From: Gemmatimonadota bacterium
GTDB taxonomy: Bacteria; Gemmatimonadota; Gemmatimonadetes; Longimicrobiales; RSA9
Direction: 5' to 3'
Length of the DNA: 13,512 bases
Assembly (NCBI GenBank): GCA_040905425.1
Contig: JBBDRO010000062.1
Span: forward strand, 1 to 13,512
The position numbers and the translations under genes are program-made. Below, piece after piece: positions 1 through 7,235 of the stretch (positions are counted from its first letter, which is position 1; each line of letters starts with the position of its first letter). The notes under the pieces were generated by a model that did not search any database, had not been told where the DNA came from, and saw only the letters and a list, made by a program, of their open reading frames with translations.

Positions 1-83
1 GTTGGTGGGTCACCACCATCTACTGGTTCGCCGAGACGGAGGAGCATCCGCTGCCGCCCCGCTACCTGCCGCCTGGCGGTTAG
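1..83 (+). CDS. 3' end of a probable NTF2/SnoaL-like fold protein (partial, runs off the window)
   Basis: Frame 3 reads WWVTTIYWFAETEEHPLPPRYLPPGG* with TAG at 81-83 and GC-rich third positions. It resembles the 'RWW-xx-IYW-x-E-xx-x-P-x-P-xx-YL' C-terminus of NTF2-like proteins. Not in the ORF track. Confidence 0.6.
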   Translation, partial: WWVTTIYWFAETEEHPLPPRYLPPGG

Positions 84-97
84 CTGGTCAGGCGCGC

Positions 98-193
98 GCC
101 ACGCTCGGGATCGGCCTAGGCCTGCTGATCTCGATGGGCACCGTGCGCCGGGCGGCGGCGGTGCACCCCGGCCAGGCGCTGCGGGCCGAGTGC
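98..193 (+). pseudogene. Possible C-terminal remnant of an FtsX/MacB (ADOP-type) ABC permease
   Basis: Frame 2 reads ATLGIGLGLLISMGTVRRAAAVHPGQALRAE, followed by TGC where a stop is expected. A hydrophobic helix plus RRA-xx-V-x-P-xx-ALRAE is the typical terminus of these permeases. There is no plausible start. Confidence 0.45.
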
Positions 194-194
194 C

Positions 195-1574
195 TCATCC
201 CAGCCCCCGCAGCGCCCGCCGCACCTTCGGCAGCAGGTAGGCCGTGCCCACGAGGCGGCCGGCCATGAAGGACGCCACGGCGGCCACCACGCCCACCCAG
301 CCCAGCAGGAAGCCGAAGAGCGGGAAGAGCAGGGCAATGGTGCCCACCTCCAGCGCCGAGGCCATGGTGACCGGCGCCGTGCGCCGCGCGATCACCAGGA
401 TGGAGCGCTGGTAGGAGAGGAGCACCGTGAGCGCGGGGAAGATGACGATCACCCGCGTGGCCACGATTGCCAGCTCCGCCAGCTCGGGGGTGAGCCCCGA
501 TACGGTGATGAACCACACGTCGGCCAGCGGCGTGAACGCCACCAGCCCCAGGCCACCCGCGGACGCCAGCCCCAGCCACATGCCGAAGCGCGCCACCTCG
601 GGCTGGTGCTCGGCGCGCTTGCCCAGCAGCGCTATAGCCGCCTCCTGGTAGCTCAGCCCCAGCGCCCGGAAGAGGAAGGAGAGGGCGTGCACCACGGGGA
701 AGACGGCCAATGACTCCACGGGTGAGGGCGCCCGTCCCATGAAGAAGGTGAGCACCGGTTGCACCGTGAGGCCGATAAATGAAGTTAGTGCCAGCGGGTA
801 GTAGAAGCGGGCGATCTCCCGGTAATTCAGCCGCTCGGGCGGCGGCGCGGCCACCTTGCGGGGGCCTTCCTCGGGGGGCGCCAGCTCCGCGCCGTGTTGC
901 AGCCGGCGGATGACGGGCAGCGCCATCACGTGCGCGGTGGCCGCCTCCACGCACACCCCCGCGGAGAGCGCGGCCGCGCCCACCCAGGCGCCGGGCAGCT
1001 CGGTCAACAGGTAGAGCGCCGTGGCCGTGCCGGCCATCCCCACGATGCGGAGCACCGTGCCGTAGGCCACCAGCCGGGTGCGCCCCGCCCGGATGAGCAG
1101 CCCGTGCAGGAAGCGCCGGTAGCCGATGGCCGCCGGCCAGGGCAGCAGGATCCACAGCGAGCCGTACACCAGCTCCGCCACCCCCTCGGGCAGCCCCAGC
1201 AGCGTGCCCGCGAAGAAGCCGAAGACCGGCGGGATGAGGAGCAGCAGGAGGAGCAGCGTGGAGCCGGCGTTCAGGGCGCGCGTGAAGTTGCGCAGCTTCA
1301 CGTAGCTCTCGCGGTCCTCCACGAGCGCGGTGGAGGCGCTCATCAGCATGATGACGGGAGACTCCACCAGGATGGCCACCGCGAAGGAGACCCCGTAGGC
1401 GGCCAGGTTGAAGGTGGGGTCCCCCAGCCGCGCGATGATCGCGGCCAGGAACGGCCCCTCGGACGCCATCATGAGCCACTGCGCGGCCAGCGGGACCCAG
1501 AAGAGGAAGATGGCGCGGCTGGAGCGTGGGGTCACGCCCGGGGCGGCACCCGCGGGCGGTTCGGCATGCTGCAT
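195..1574 (-). CDS. MATE/MOP-superfamily membrane transporter, ANKH-like
   Basis: 459 aa with about 12 hydrophobic segments in two homologous halves (IFLFWVPLA...LAAYGVSFAV and IARFYYPLA...LAVFPVVHAL), joined by a Pro-rich hydrophilic linker. Confidence 0.8.
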   Translation of the reverse strand: MQHAEPPAGAAPGVTPRSSRAIFLFWVPLAAQWLMMASEGPFLAAIIARLGDPTFNLAAYGVSFAVAILVESPVIMLMSASTALVEDRESYVKLRNFTRALNAGSTLLLLLLLIPPVFGFFAGTLLGLPEGVAELVYGSLWILLPWPAAIGYRRFLHGLLIRAGRTRLVAYGTVLRIVGMAGTATALYLLTELPGAWVGAAALSAGVCVEAATAHVMALPVIRRLQHGAELAPPEEGPRKVAAPPPERLNYREIARFYYPLALTSFIGLTVQPVLTFFMGRAPSPVESLAVFPVVHALSFLFRALGLSYQEAAIALLGKRAEHQPEVARFGMWLGLASAGGLGLVAFTPLADVWFITVSGLTPELAELAIVATRVIVIFPALTVLLSYQRSILVIARRTAPVTMASALEVGTIALLFPLFGFLLGWVGVVAAVASFMAGRLVGTAYLLPKVRRALRGLG

Positions 1575-1714
1575 CTGGACCGGGATTCCGTGCTCTTACG
1601 GGAGCGCTCCCGCGCGTGCCCCGACCGGGCGCGCCGCGGCGGCCGTCTCCGTGCGGCCCCGAAGGTGCGGCGGCCGTTGCGGTGCGGCAAGGACACGTGC
1701 CCCGCCCGGGGGAA

Positions 1715-2713
1715 TTACGCCGGCCGGACGCCCGCGAACATGGCCCCGGTGAGACCGCCTTTGGCCCGCGCCCGCTGCACGGGCGGCGGGCGGAAGAGGA
1801 GTACGGGGCGGTGCGTCTCGTGGACCACCCGATCCCCCGTGCTGCCCAGCAGAAGCCGCGTCAGGCCGCCCCGGCCGTGCGTGGCCATGGCAATGAGGTC
1901 GGCGCCCTCGGCATCGGCCGCCTCCAGGATGGCGGGGGCCGCGTCGCGGGCCTCCACCACCAGCACACGTGACTCGGGGGCAATGTCGCTGATCCGGTCC
2001 GCGACCCCCTCCAGATACTCCGTGACGCTCCGCCGCGCCTCCAGCACCACCGTGTCCAGCTCCTTGCCGGGCCTGAGCCCGCCGCCCACCGCGGGTGACA
2101 CGGCCTGGAAGAGCGTGACGCGGGCTCCCAGCCACCAGAGCAGTTCGGAGACCGGGTCCAGGATCCGCTCCGAGAATGCCGACCCGTCCAGAGGCACCAG
2201 GACGCGCTCGAACCTGGGCGCGCGCGGCGCCGCCGGATCCGGCAGCTCCCGGGGCGGCCGCACCAGCAGCACCGGGCAGTCGGAGTGGCGCACCAGGTCG
2301 TCGGCCACACTGCCCAGGCGGGCCCGATCCAGACCGGCGCGCGCGTGGGTGGCCATGACCACCAGGTCCACGTGCTGTTCGTCCGTCTCCCGGTGGATGG
2401 CCAGCGCCACGTGCCCGGTCAGCACGCGCGCGCTCACCGTGATGTCATGCTCGGCGGCCAGTCGGCGCGCGATCTCACGCAGCCGCTCCGCCTCCTGGCG
2501 GGCCGCCGCCTCGTCGAAGTCGTGCTCGAACTCCGTGACGCCCGTGAACTGGTACGGGGTCAGATCCTCCATGTTGCCGTCGGGCACGGTGGGTGTGTGG
2601 ACGTGGGCCAGTTCGAGCGCCGCGCCCGTTCGCCGCGCGATGGTCACGGCAAACGGTACCGCGTACTCCCCGAAAGCCGTCCCATCCAGGGGAACGATGA
2701 TGCGGCGGTACAT
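1715..2713 (-). CDS. Tandem-domain universal stress protein
   Basis: Two Usp domains: MYRRIIVPLDGT...DLVVMATHAR...LGSVADDLVRHSDCPVLLV and FERVLVPLDGS...DLIAMATHGRGG...LGSTGDRVVHETHRPVLLF. A GGGAGG RBS precedes the ATG. Confidence 0.95.
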   Translation of the reverse strand: MYRRIIVPLDGTAFGEYAVPFAVTIARRTGAALELAHVHTPTVPDGNMEDLTPYQFTGVTEFEHDFDEAAARQEAERLREIARRLAAEHDITVSARVLTGHVALAIHRETDEQHVDLVVMATHARAGLDRARLGSVADDLVRHSDCPVLLVRPPRELPDPAAPRAPRFERVLVPLDGSAFSERILDPVSELLWWLGARVTLFQAVSPAVGGGLRPGKELDTVVLEARRSVTEYLEGVADRISDIAPESRVLVVEARDAAPAILEAADAEGADLIAMATHGRGGLTRLLLGSTGDRVVHETHRPVLLFRPPPVQRARAKGGLTGAMFAGVRPA

Positions 2714-2890
2714 GCGGCCTCCCGTGCGGTGCGGGGCCCGGCTCCCATGACCACGGGCTACGTGGGACTCCCGCTTTCTACCCCAAGATGCGCCGGCCCG
2801 GCCAGCGCCGCCGTAGGGAAAAACGCGGATCGTCTGTGGGGAACCCCTTGGTAAGCAACGATGTCCGTCACCTTCAAGGGGCCATGCGGC

Positions 2891-4102
2891 TCACCCTTCC
2901 TCGAGCCGATCCAGCACCAGCTCCGCGAAGGGCAGGGCGCAGGTGAAGGCGGGTGAGACGGCGTTCAGCACGTGCGTGGAGTGCTCGTCTCCCTCCACCA
3001 CGAAATCCATCTCCAGGCGCCGTGTGCGCACGTCCAGGAGCTGGGCGCGGATACCGGGCCGGCCCCGCTGGCGGTAGTCCTCCGCACGGATGCCCCGCGC
3101 CAGGGGCGCCGCCTGGCGCACCAGCTCCGCCCGCCGGTACTTGGCCAGCTCCTCGAAGGCAATGTCCCGGAACTGGAAGGCGTTGGTGAGGAAGAGGGCG
3201 GCCTCGCGGCGCAGCACGTCGAACAGCTCGCCGGCGCGGAAGTTGGCCAGCCCACCGTAGTGCTCGCGCCAGAAGGCGGGGATGGCCGTGGGACCGATCT
3301 TGGCGTGGCCGTCCACGCTCACGGTCACGTGCACGCCCAGCCACGGCCGGGCCAGGTGCGGCACCGGGTAGATATGGCGGCGGAAGGCGCCGGCCGGCTC
3401 CGCGCTTTTCAGGTAGACGCCCTTGAAGGGCAGGATGCGGTAGTGCTCGGAGAAGCCGAACTGCCGCGCCACCACGTCGGCATGGAGGCCCGCCGCGTTG
3501 ATGACGTGCCCGGCCTCATAGTGACCCCGATTGGTCTGCACGGTGCGGCCGCGGCGGCCGGTGAAGGCGGTGCCCGTGTGCAGCCGCACCCCCGCCGCTT
3601 CGGCGTCCTCCGCCAGCGCCCGGACCACCTCCAGCGGATCCACGCTCGCGGTGGTGGGGGACCACAGCGCCCGCTCGTGGGTGCGCACGCGCGGCTCCAG
3701 CTCGCGGGCCTCCGCCGCGCTCACCTCGTGCAGCTCCACCCCGTTGGCGGCGCCGCGCCGGAAGAGTTCGTCCAGTCCCGGCAATTCCGACGCGTCGCGC
3801 GCGACCACCAGCTTACCGCACGGATTCAGCCCCAGCCCGCGCTCCCGGCAGTAGGCCGCCATGCGCGCGCAGCCCGCGCGCGTCAGGCGCGCCTTGAGCG
3901 AATCCTCGGCGTAGTAGAAGCCGGCGTGCAGCACGCCGCTGTTGCGCCCGCTGGCATGAGCCCCCCAGCCCTCCTCCTTTTCCAGCACCGTGACCGTGGC
4001 CCCGGGGTGCCGCCGCCGCACCTCCAGCGCCAGCGCCAGTCCCACGATGCCCCCGCCCACGATCAGATAGTCCGCCGTCCGTGTCCGTTCTGCCGCCGCC
4101 AT
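2891..4102 (-). CDS. lhgO: L-2-hydroxyglutarate oxidase (FAD-dependent, LhgO family)
   Basis: Rossmann motif IVGGGIVG, plus HASGRNSGVLHAGFYY, PFKGVY, GIRAQ and HVLNAVSPAFT. The ATG at 4102 is preceded by GAGGCGGGGG; an alternative ATG lies at 4114. Confidence 0.88.
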   Translation of the reverse strand: MAAAERTRTADYLIVGGGIVGLALALEVRRRHPGATVTVLEKEEGWGAHASGRNSGVLHAGFYYAEDSLKARLTRAGCARMAAYCRERGLGLNPCGKLVVARDASELPGLDELFRRGAANGVELHEVSAAEARELEPRVRTHERALWSPTTASVDPLEVVRALAEDAEAAGVRLHTGTAFTGRRGRTVQTNRGHYEAGHVINAAGLHADVVARQFGFSEHYRILPFKGVYLKSAEPAGAFRRHIYPVPHLARPWLGVHVTVSVDGHAKIGPTAIPAFWREHYGGLANFRAGELFDVLRREAALFLTNAFQFRDIAFEELAKYRRAELVRQAAPLARGIRAEDYRQRGRPGIRAQLLDVRTRRLEMDFVVEGDEHSTHVLNAVSPAFTCALPFAELVLDRLEEG

Positions 4103-4122
4103 CCCCCGCCTCATCGGCGGGG

Positions 4123-4152
4123 TTGACCGTCCCCCGCCGCCATGGTTAATTT
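4123..4152 (+). promoter_or_regulatory. Sigma70-type promoter of tRNA-Asn
   Basis: TTGACC (4123-4128), an 18 nt spacer and TAATTT (4147-4152), ending 11 nt upstream of the tRNA in an otherwise GC-rich context. Confidence 0.65.
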
Positions 4153-4163
4153 ACACGACTGAT

Positions 4164-4237
4164 TCCCGCGTAGCTCAGCTGGTTAGAGCATCTGACTGTT
4201 AATCAGAGGGTCGTAGGTTCGAATCCTACCGCGGGAG
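4164..4237 (+). tRNA. tRNA-Asn (GTT); CCA not encoded
   Basis: Acceptor stem TCCCGCG/CGCGGGA, D arm GCTC...GAGC, anticodon arm TCTGA-CT-GTT-AA-TCAGA (anticodon 4198-4200), T arm GTAGG-TTCGAAT-CCTAC, discriminator G4237. Confidence 0.98.
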
Positions 4238-4240
4238 CTG

Positions 4241-4284
4241 ACGGCCGCCGGATCTCCTTCTCCCAGAAGGGTTCCGGCGGCCGT
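4241..4284 (+). terminator. Long hairpin immediately 3' of the tRNA (probable terminator or processing stem)
   Basis: ACGGCCGCCGGA (4241-4252) pairs perfectly with TCCGGCGGCCGT (4273-4284). An inner stem CCTTCT/AGAAGG closes a CCC loop. There is no clear U-tract. Confidence 0.6.
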
Positions 4285-4488
4285 TGCAGTATCGTTGCGG
4301 TTGTTCGCGGGGAGGAGCGTTCCCCCCTGCCACCCCGCACTGGCCTGTCGGCCGTCGTTTCCTGCCGCGCTGTCGATTCGCTTTCCCATGGCATTCTCCT
4401 GGGCGTACGGTGTCGGGTCTGCCTGCCCGACCGCAAGTGGCCACATACGCATGACGTGCGCACGGCACGGTGAACACCCCGGGGCCGG

Positions 4489-4965
4489 TCATGCATCGCT
4501 CCCGCGGCGCGGTTCGGATTGGCCCGCCGCACCCGTAGCGTTGCGATCCATGAGCCAGCCGTACGTGGCACCGTAGACGAGATGGAGCACCAGCGTCGCG
4601 ATCGCGATCTTCGGTGTCTGGGCGGTGCCAAAGGCGCCCCAGCCGAGGAACGGCAGCACAGCCACCTGCATGACCAGCCACAGGACCACACCCAGGCCAA
4701 CGCCACGCCACACCGTCACCCGCCGCGCAAAGCCCGCGAACACGCCGCCCCAGAAACCGCCGTAGCCCAGGTGCAGAACCACCGCGAGCGCCATGGTCGC
4801 TGCCTGGGGCAGGCTGCCGCCCGTGAGCTTGCCGACGATGGCCGCAGGGATCGGCTTCGGCATGGGGGCCACGCCCGTGAGCATCCCGATGATCATCAGG
4901 GCTGACATGGCGACGGTCGCGCCCACGCCCCAGCCGAATCCCCTTGCGAATCTGCCTCCATCCAT
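4489..4965 (-). CDS. Small 4-TM membrane protein (DUF6789/DUF1440-like)
   Basis: Start re-assigned to ATG 4965 after a GGGAGG RBS, giving 158 aa. It has four hydrophobic helices and the repeated motifs LHLGYG and LHLVYG. Confidence 0.8.
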   Translation of the reverse strand: MDGGRFARGFGWGVGATVAMSALMIIGMLTGVAPMPKPIPAAIVGKLTGGSLPQAATMALAVVLHLGYGGFWGGVFAGFARRVTVWRGVGLGVVLWLVMQVAVLPFLGWGAFGTAQTPKIAIATLVLHLVYGATYGWLMDRNATGAAGQSEPRRGSDA

Positions 4966-5029
4966 GTTTGCCTCCCGTTGAAATAATGAGCGGCGGTGGC
5001 ACCTTACCGGTGAGCGACCAACGTCGCCC

Positions 5030-5404
5030 CTACGCGGCGCACTCCTCCCCGGAGGACCCGGAGCCCTGCAGGAGTATGACAAGCTGGTCCAGCGTGGCCT
5101 GGTTCACGCGGCAGTACAGGTAGCGGCCGTCACGCGCCCGCTCGATCAGCCCGGCATCCTCCAGCTCCTTCAGGTGGTGCGAGAGCGTAGAGGGGGCCAC
5201 GTCCACCAACGCGCCGAGGTCGCCCACGTTGCAACTCGCCGGGTCCAGGCGGCAGTCATCCGCGCGTTCGCTCGTGCAGCAGGCGACGGCCCGCCCGAGT
5301 AGCGTCTGTACGATGGTCAGCCGGTGCGGATGGCCCAGCGCCCGGAACGCACGGCTGAGGTCCTCGCGGCTCGGGGATTCGTGGCCGGTGCTCCTGGCCC
5401 TCAC
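5030..5404 (-). CDS. arsR: ArsR/SmtB-family metalloregulator, Cys-rich
   Basis: [13 protein letters not shown]...NVGDL...[33 protein letters not shown]. The GTG start at 5404 follows GGAGG and overlaps the upstream TGA (GTGA); 124 aa. Confidence 0.9.
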   Translation of the reverse strand: MRARSTGHESPSREDLSRAFRALGHPHRLTIVQTLLGRAVACCTSERADDCRLDPASCNVGDLGALVDVAPSTLSHHLKELEDAGLIERARDGRYLYCRVNQATLDQLVILLQGSGSSGEECAA

Positions 5405-6024
5405 CGCCCACCTCCCCGCGCGGTACCCCCATCCGGGTTCAACCTTACTGGGATGCGCACTGACGTGCCCCCCCATCGCACGACCAGGTCGGCGGACGAC
5501 CCGCCAGTCCGGTCGAACCAGAGCGTCAGCAACTCGACCTGCGGCGGCGCTGTGGAAACCGGGACCGTCCCGGAGCCCACGTCCGCCGTCAGGACCTCGG
5601 CGTCGAGGGGGATGCCCCAGCGACGTATCGCGTTGTTCACGACGATCCGCCACTCCTGTTCATGCGGTACGGCGTACAACGTGTGCCACCCGGGCTCCAC
5701 GGCTACGCCGGCGATCGTCGCCCGAACCGGGACATGGACTGCGGTCGCCTCGTCGGCGCCCAGGCGCCACGGCAGGCCGTATGGAACCAGGCGGCCCATG
5801 AGGGGGCGTCCCAGCTTCCGAGGCCGGCTATAGCAGACCTTCACCATGCCTGGATCGAGGGCGACCACGGTCGAATCGAACGGACTCGCCCGCAGCTCCA
5901 GGTCGGCGCGCTCGCCGCGGACCCAGCAGCCGAGCGCGCCGTCCGCACTCTGCGCGCCGGCGCGCTCCGCGGCCGGCGGTAGCAGCAGGAATACGATGCA
6001 GGGCAGGAGAATACGGAAGTGCAT
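5401..6024 (-). CDS. Secreted DUF2911-family protein
   Basis: ATG 6024 after GGAGG; signal peptide [25 protein letters not shown]; motifs [33 protein letters not shown] and IRRWG; 207 aa. Confidence 0.85.
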   Translation of the reverse strand: MHFRILLPCIVFLLLPPAAERAGAQSADGALGCWVRGERADLELRASPFDSTVVALDPGMVKVCYSRPRKLGRPLMGRLVPYGLPWRLGADEATAVHVPVRATIAGVAVEPGWHTLYAVPHEQEWRIVVNNAIRRWGIPLDAEVLTADVGSGTVPVSTAPPQVELLTLWFDRTGGSSADLVVRWGGTSVRIPVRLNPDGGTARGGGR

Positions 6025-6055
6025 GACGTCGCCTCCAAGATTGGTCGATTTGAAT

Positions 6056-6084
6056 AGTATAGAACTATCGAATTTACAGCGCAA
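6056..6084 (-). promoter_or_regulatory. Sigma70 promoter of the DUF2911-arsR operon, overlapped by an imperfect inverted repeat (candidate ArsR operator, about 6045-6074)
   Basis: The minus strand reads TTGCGC (6084-6079), 17 nt, TATACT (6061-6056). On the plus strand, ttgaATAGT-ataga-ACTATcgaa is an imperfect palindrome, and TCGAT (6045) and ATCGA (6067) flank the -10. Confidence 0.7.
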
Positions 6085-6119
6085 CCCTGCCGCGTCGCAT
6101 ACTCCGCCCCCACCTCTGG

Positions 6120-6148
6120 TTGATTTAGTTGCCACTAAATTATAGATT
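6120..6148 (+). promoter_or_regulatory. Sigma70 promoter of the oxidase-ZIP operon
   Basis: TTGATT (6120-6125), 17 nt, TAGATT (6143-6148). The GGAGG RBS is at 6171-6175. Confidence 0.7.
6123..6140. promoter_or_regulatory. Perfect 7-4-7 palindrome, candidate DtxR/MntR-family operator
   Basis: ATTTAGT-TGCC-ACTAAAT overlaps the -35 element and spacer. The TTTAG-N6-CTAAA core resembles MntR/SirR/TroR-type boxes. Confidence 0.7.
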
Positions 6149-6179
6149 CGGTTAGACCACACAACCGGCAGGAGGGTGG

Positions 6180-7235
6180 ATGGACCCGAAACGATCAGGC
6201 GATTCTCAGCCCTCCGACCGCTTTCCGCCTGTTTCCCGGCGCAACGTGTTGAAGGCCGGCGCGCTCACCGCCGCGGGCCTCGCGACGGCGGGCGCTGTGG
6301 GGCGCCTCTCGAGCCAGACCCCGGACGCGGGATCTGCGCAGATCCTCGAGCACGGTGGCCATGACGGCACGAACGCTCCTGTCGGTCGGATGGAGGGCCG
6401 ATTCGATCCGGTGCGCTACCTGGACGCCTTCGACTACGGCCGTGCCAGCACGCTGCCAGACGGGCGGACATTGCGTGAGTACGAGATGGTGGCAGTGGAT
6501 CGGGAGCTCGAAGTGGCGCCCGGCGTATTCTTCCCCGCCTGGACCTACAACGGCCAGGTGCCGGGGCCGACGATCCGCTGCACGGAAGGAGACCGGCTGC
6601 GCATCCGCTTCGCCAATGCCGGCAGCCACCCCCATACCATCCACTTCCACGGCATTCATGCCGCGGACATGGACGGGGTCTTCGAGATCATCGAACCGGG
6701 CAGCAGCTACGTGTACGAATTTGACGCCGAGCCCTTCGGTCTGCACCTCTACCACTGCCACTCGCTTCCCCTCAAGCGGCACATCCACAAGGGGCTTTAC
6801 GGCGCGTTCATCATCGACCCCCCCGGGGGGCGCCCCCCGGCCCGGGAGATGGTGATGGTGATGAACGGGTTCGACACCAACTTCGACGGCGAGAACGAGG
6901 TCTACGCGATCAACACCGAGGCATTCGCATACCAGACGCAGCCGATCCGGTTGAGGCAGCACGAACTGGCCCGAGTGTATCTTGTCAACCTCACCGAGTT
7001 CGACCTCCTCAACTCGTTCCACCTCCACGGCAATTTCTTCCGCTGCTACCGGACCGGCACGGACCTGGAGCGGCACGACTGGACGGATACGGTGGCGCTC
7101 TGCCAGGGGGAGCGGGCGGTCCTGGAGTTCGCCTTCAAGCACACCGGGCGCTTCATGTTCCACGCGCACCAGAGCGAATTCGCCGAACTGGGCTGGATGG
7201 GAATCTTCGATGTGCAGGGGACGACGAATGCCTGA
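6180..7235 (+). CDS. Tat-exported two-domain multicopper oxidase (type C; T1 Cu in domain 1)
   Basis: Tat motif SRRNVLK followed by an h-region; [13 protein letters not shown]. Domain 1 has HPHTIHFHG and YHCH-x6-HIHKGL; domain 2 has NSFHLHG and MFHAH with no T1 Cys. Confidence 0.92.
   Translation: MDPKRSGDSQPSDRFPPVSRRNVLKAGALTAAGLATAGAVGRLSSQTPDAGSAQILEHGGHDGTNAPVGRMEGRFDPVRYLDAFDYGRASTLPDGRTLREYEMVAVDRELEVAPGVFFPAWTYNGQVPGPTIRCTEGDRLRIRFANAGSHPHTIHFHGIHAADMDGVFEIIEPGSSYVYEFDAEPFGLHLYHCHSLPLKRHIHKGLYGAFIIDPPGGRPPAREMVMVMNGFDTNFDGENEVYAINTEAFAYQTQPIRLRQHELARVYLVNLTEFDLLNSFHLHGNFFRCYRTGTDLERHDWTDTVALCQGERAVLEFAFKHTGRFMFHAHQSEFAELGWMGIFDVQGTTNA

Noticed and set aside
894..2750. 618 aa plus-strand ORF (also 88-1479 on the minus strand and 2972-4126 on the plus strand)
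   Set aside because: Shadow or alternate-frame ORFs of the ANKH-like, usp and lhgO genes. They are Arg/Gly/Ala-rich with no motifs, as expected at this GC content.
2844..2881. CCCCTTG-N24-CAAGGGG inverted repeat between lhgO and usp
   Set aside because: Arms of only 7 bp with a long spacer and no U-tract; it cannot be told apart from chance.
4218..4237. attL/attR direct repeat of the tRNA 3' end, or an integrase
   Set aside because: I found no second copy of TTCGAATCCTACCGCGGGAG and no recombinase or transposase ORF in the window.
6180..7235. Copper nitrite reductase (nirK) assignment
   Set aside because: Both domains carry paired HxH motifs for a trinuclear cluster, which fits a two-domain oxidase.
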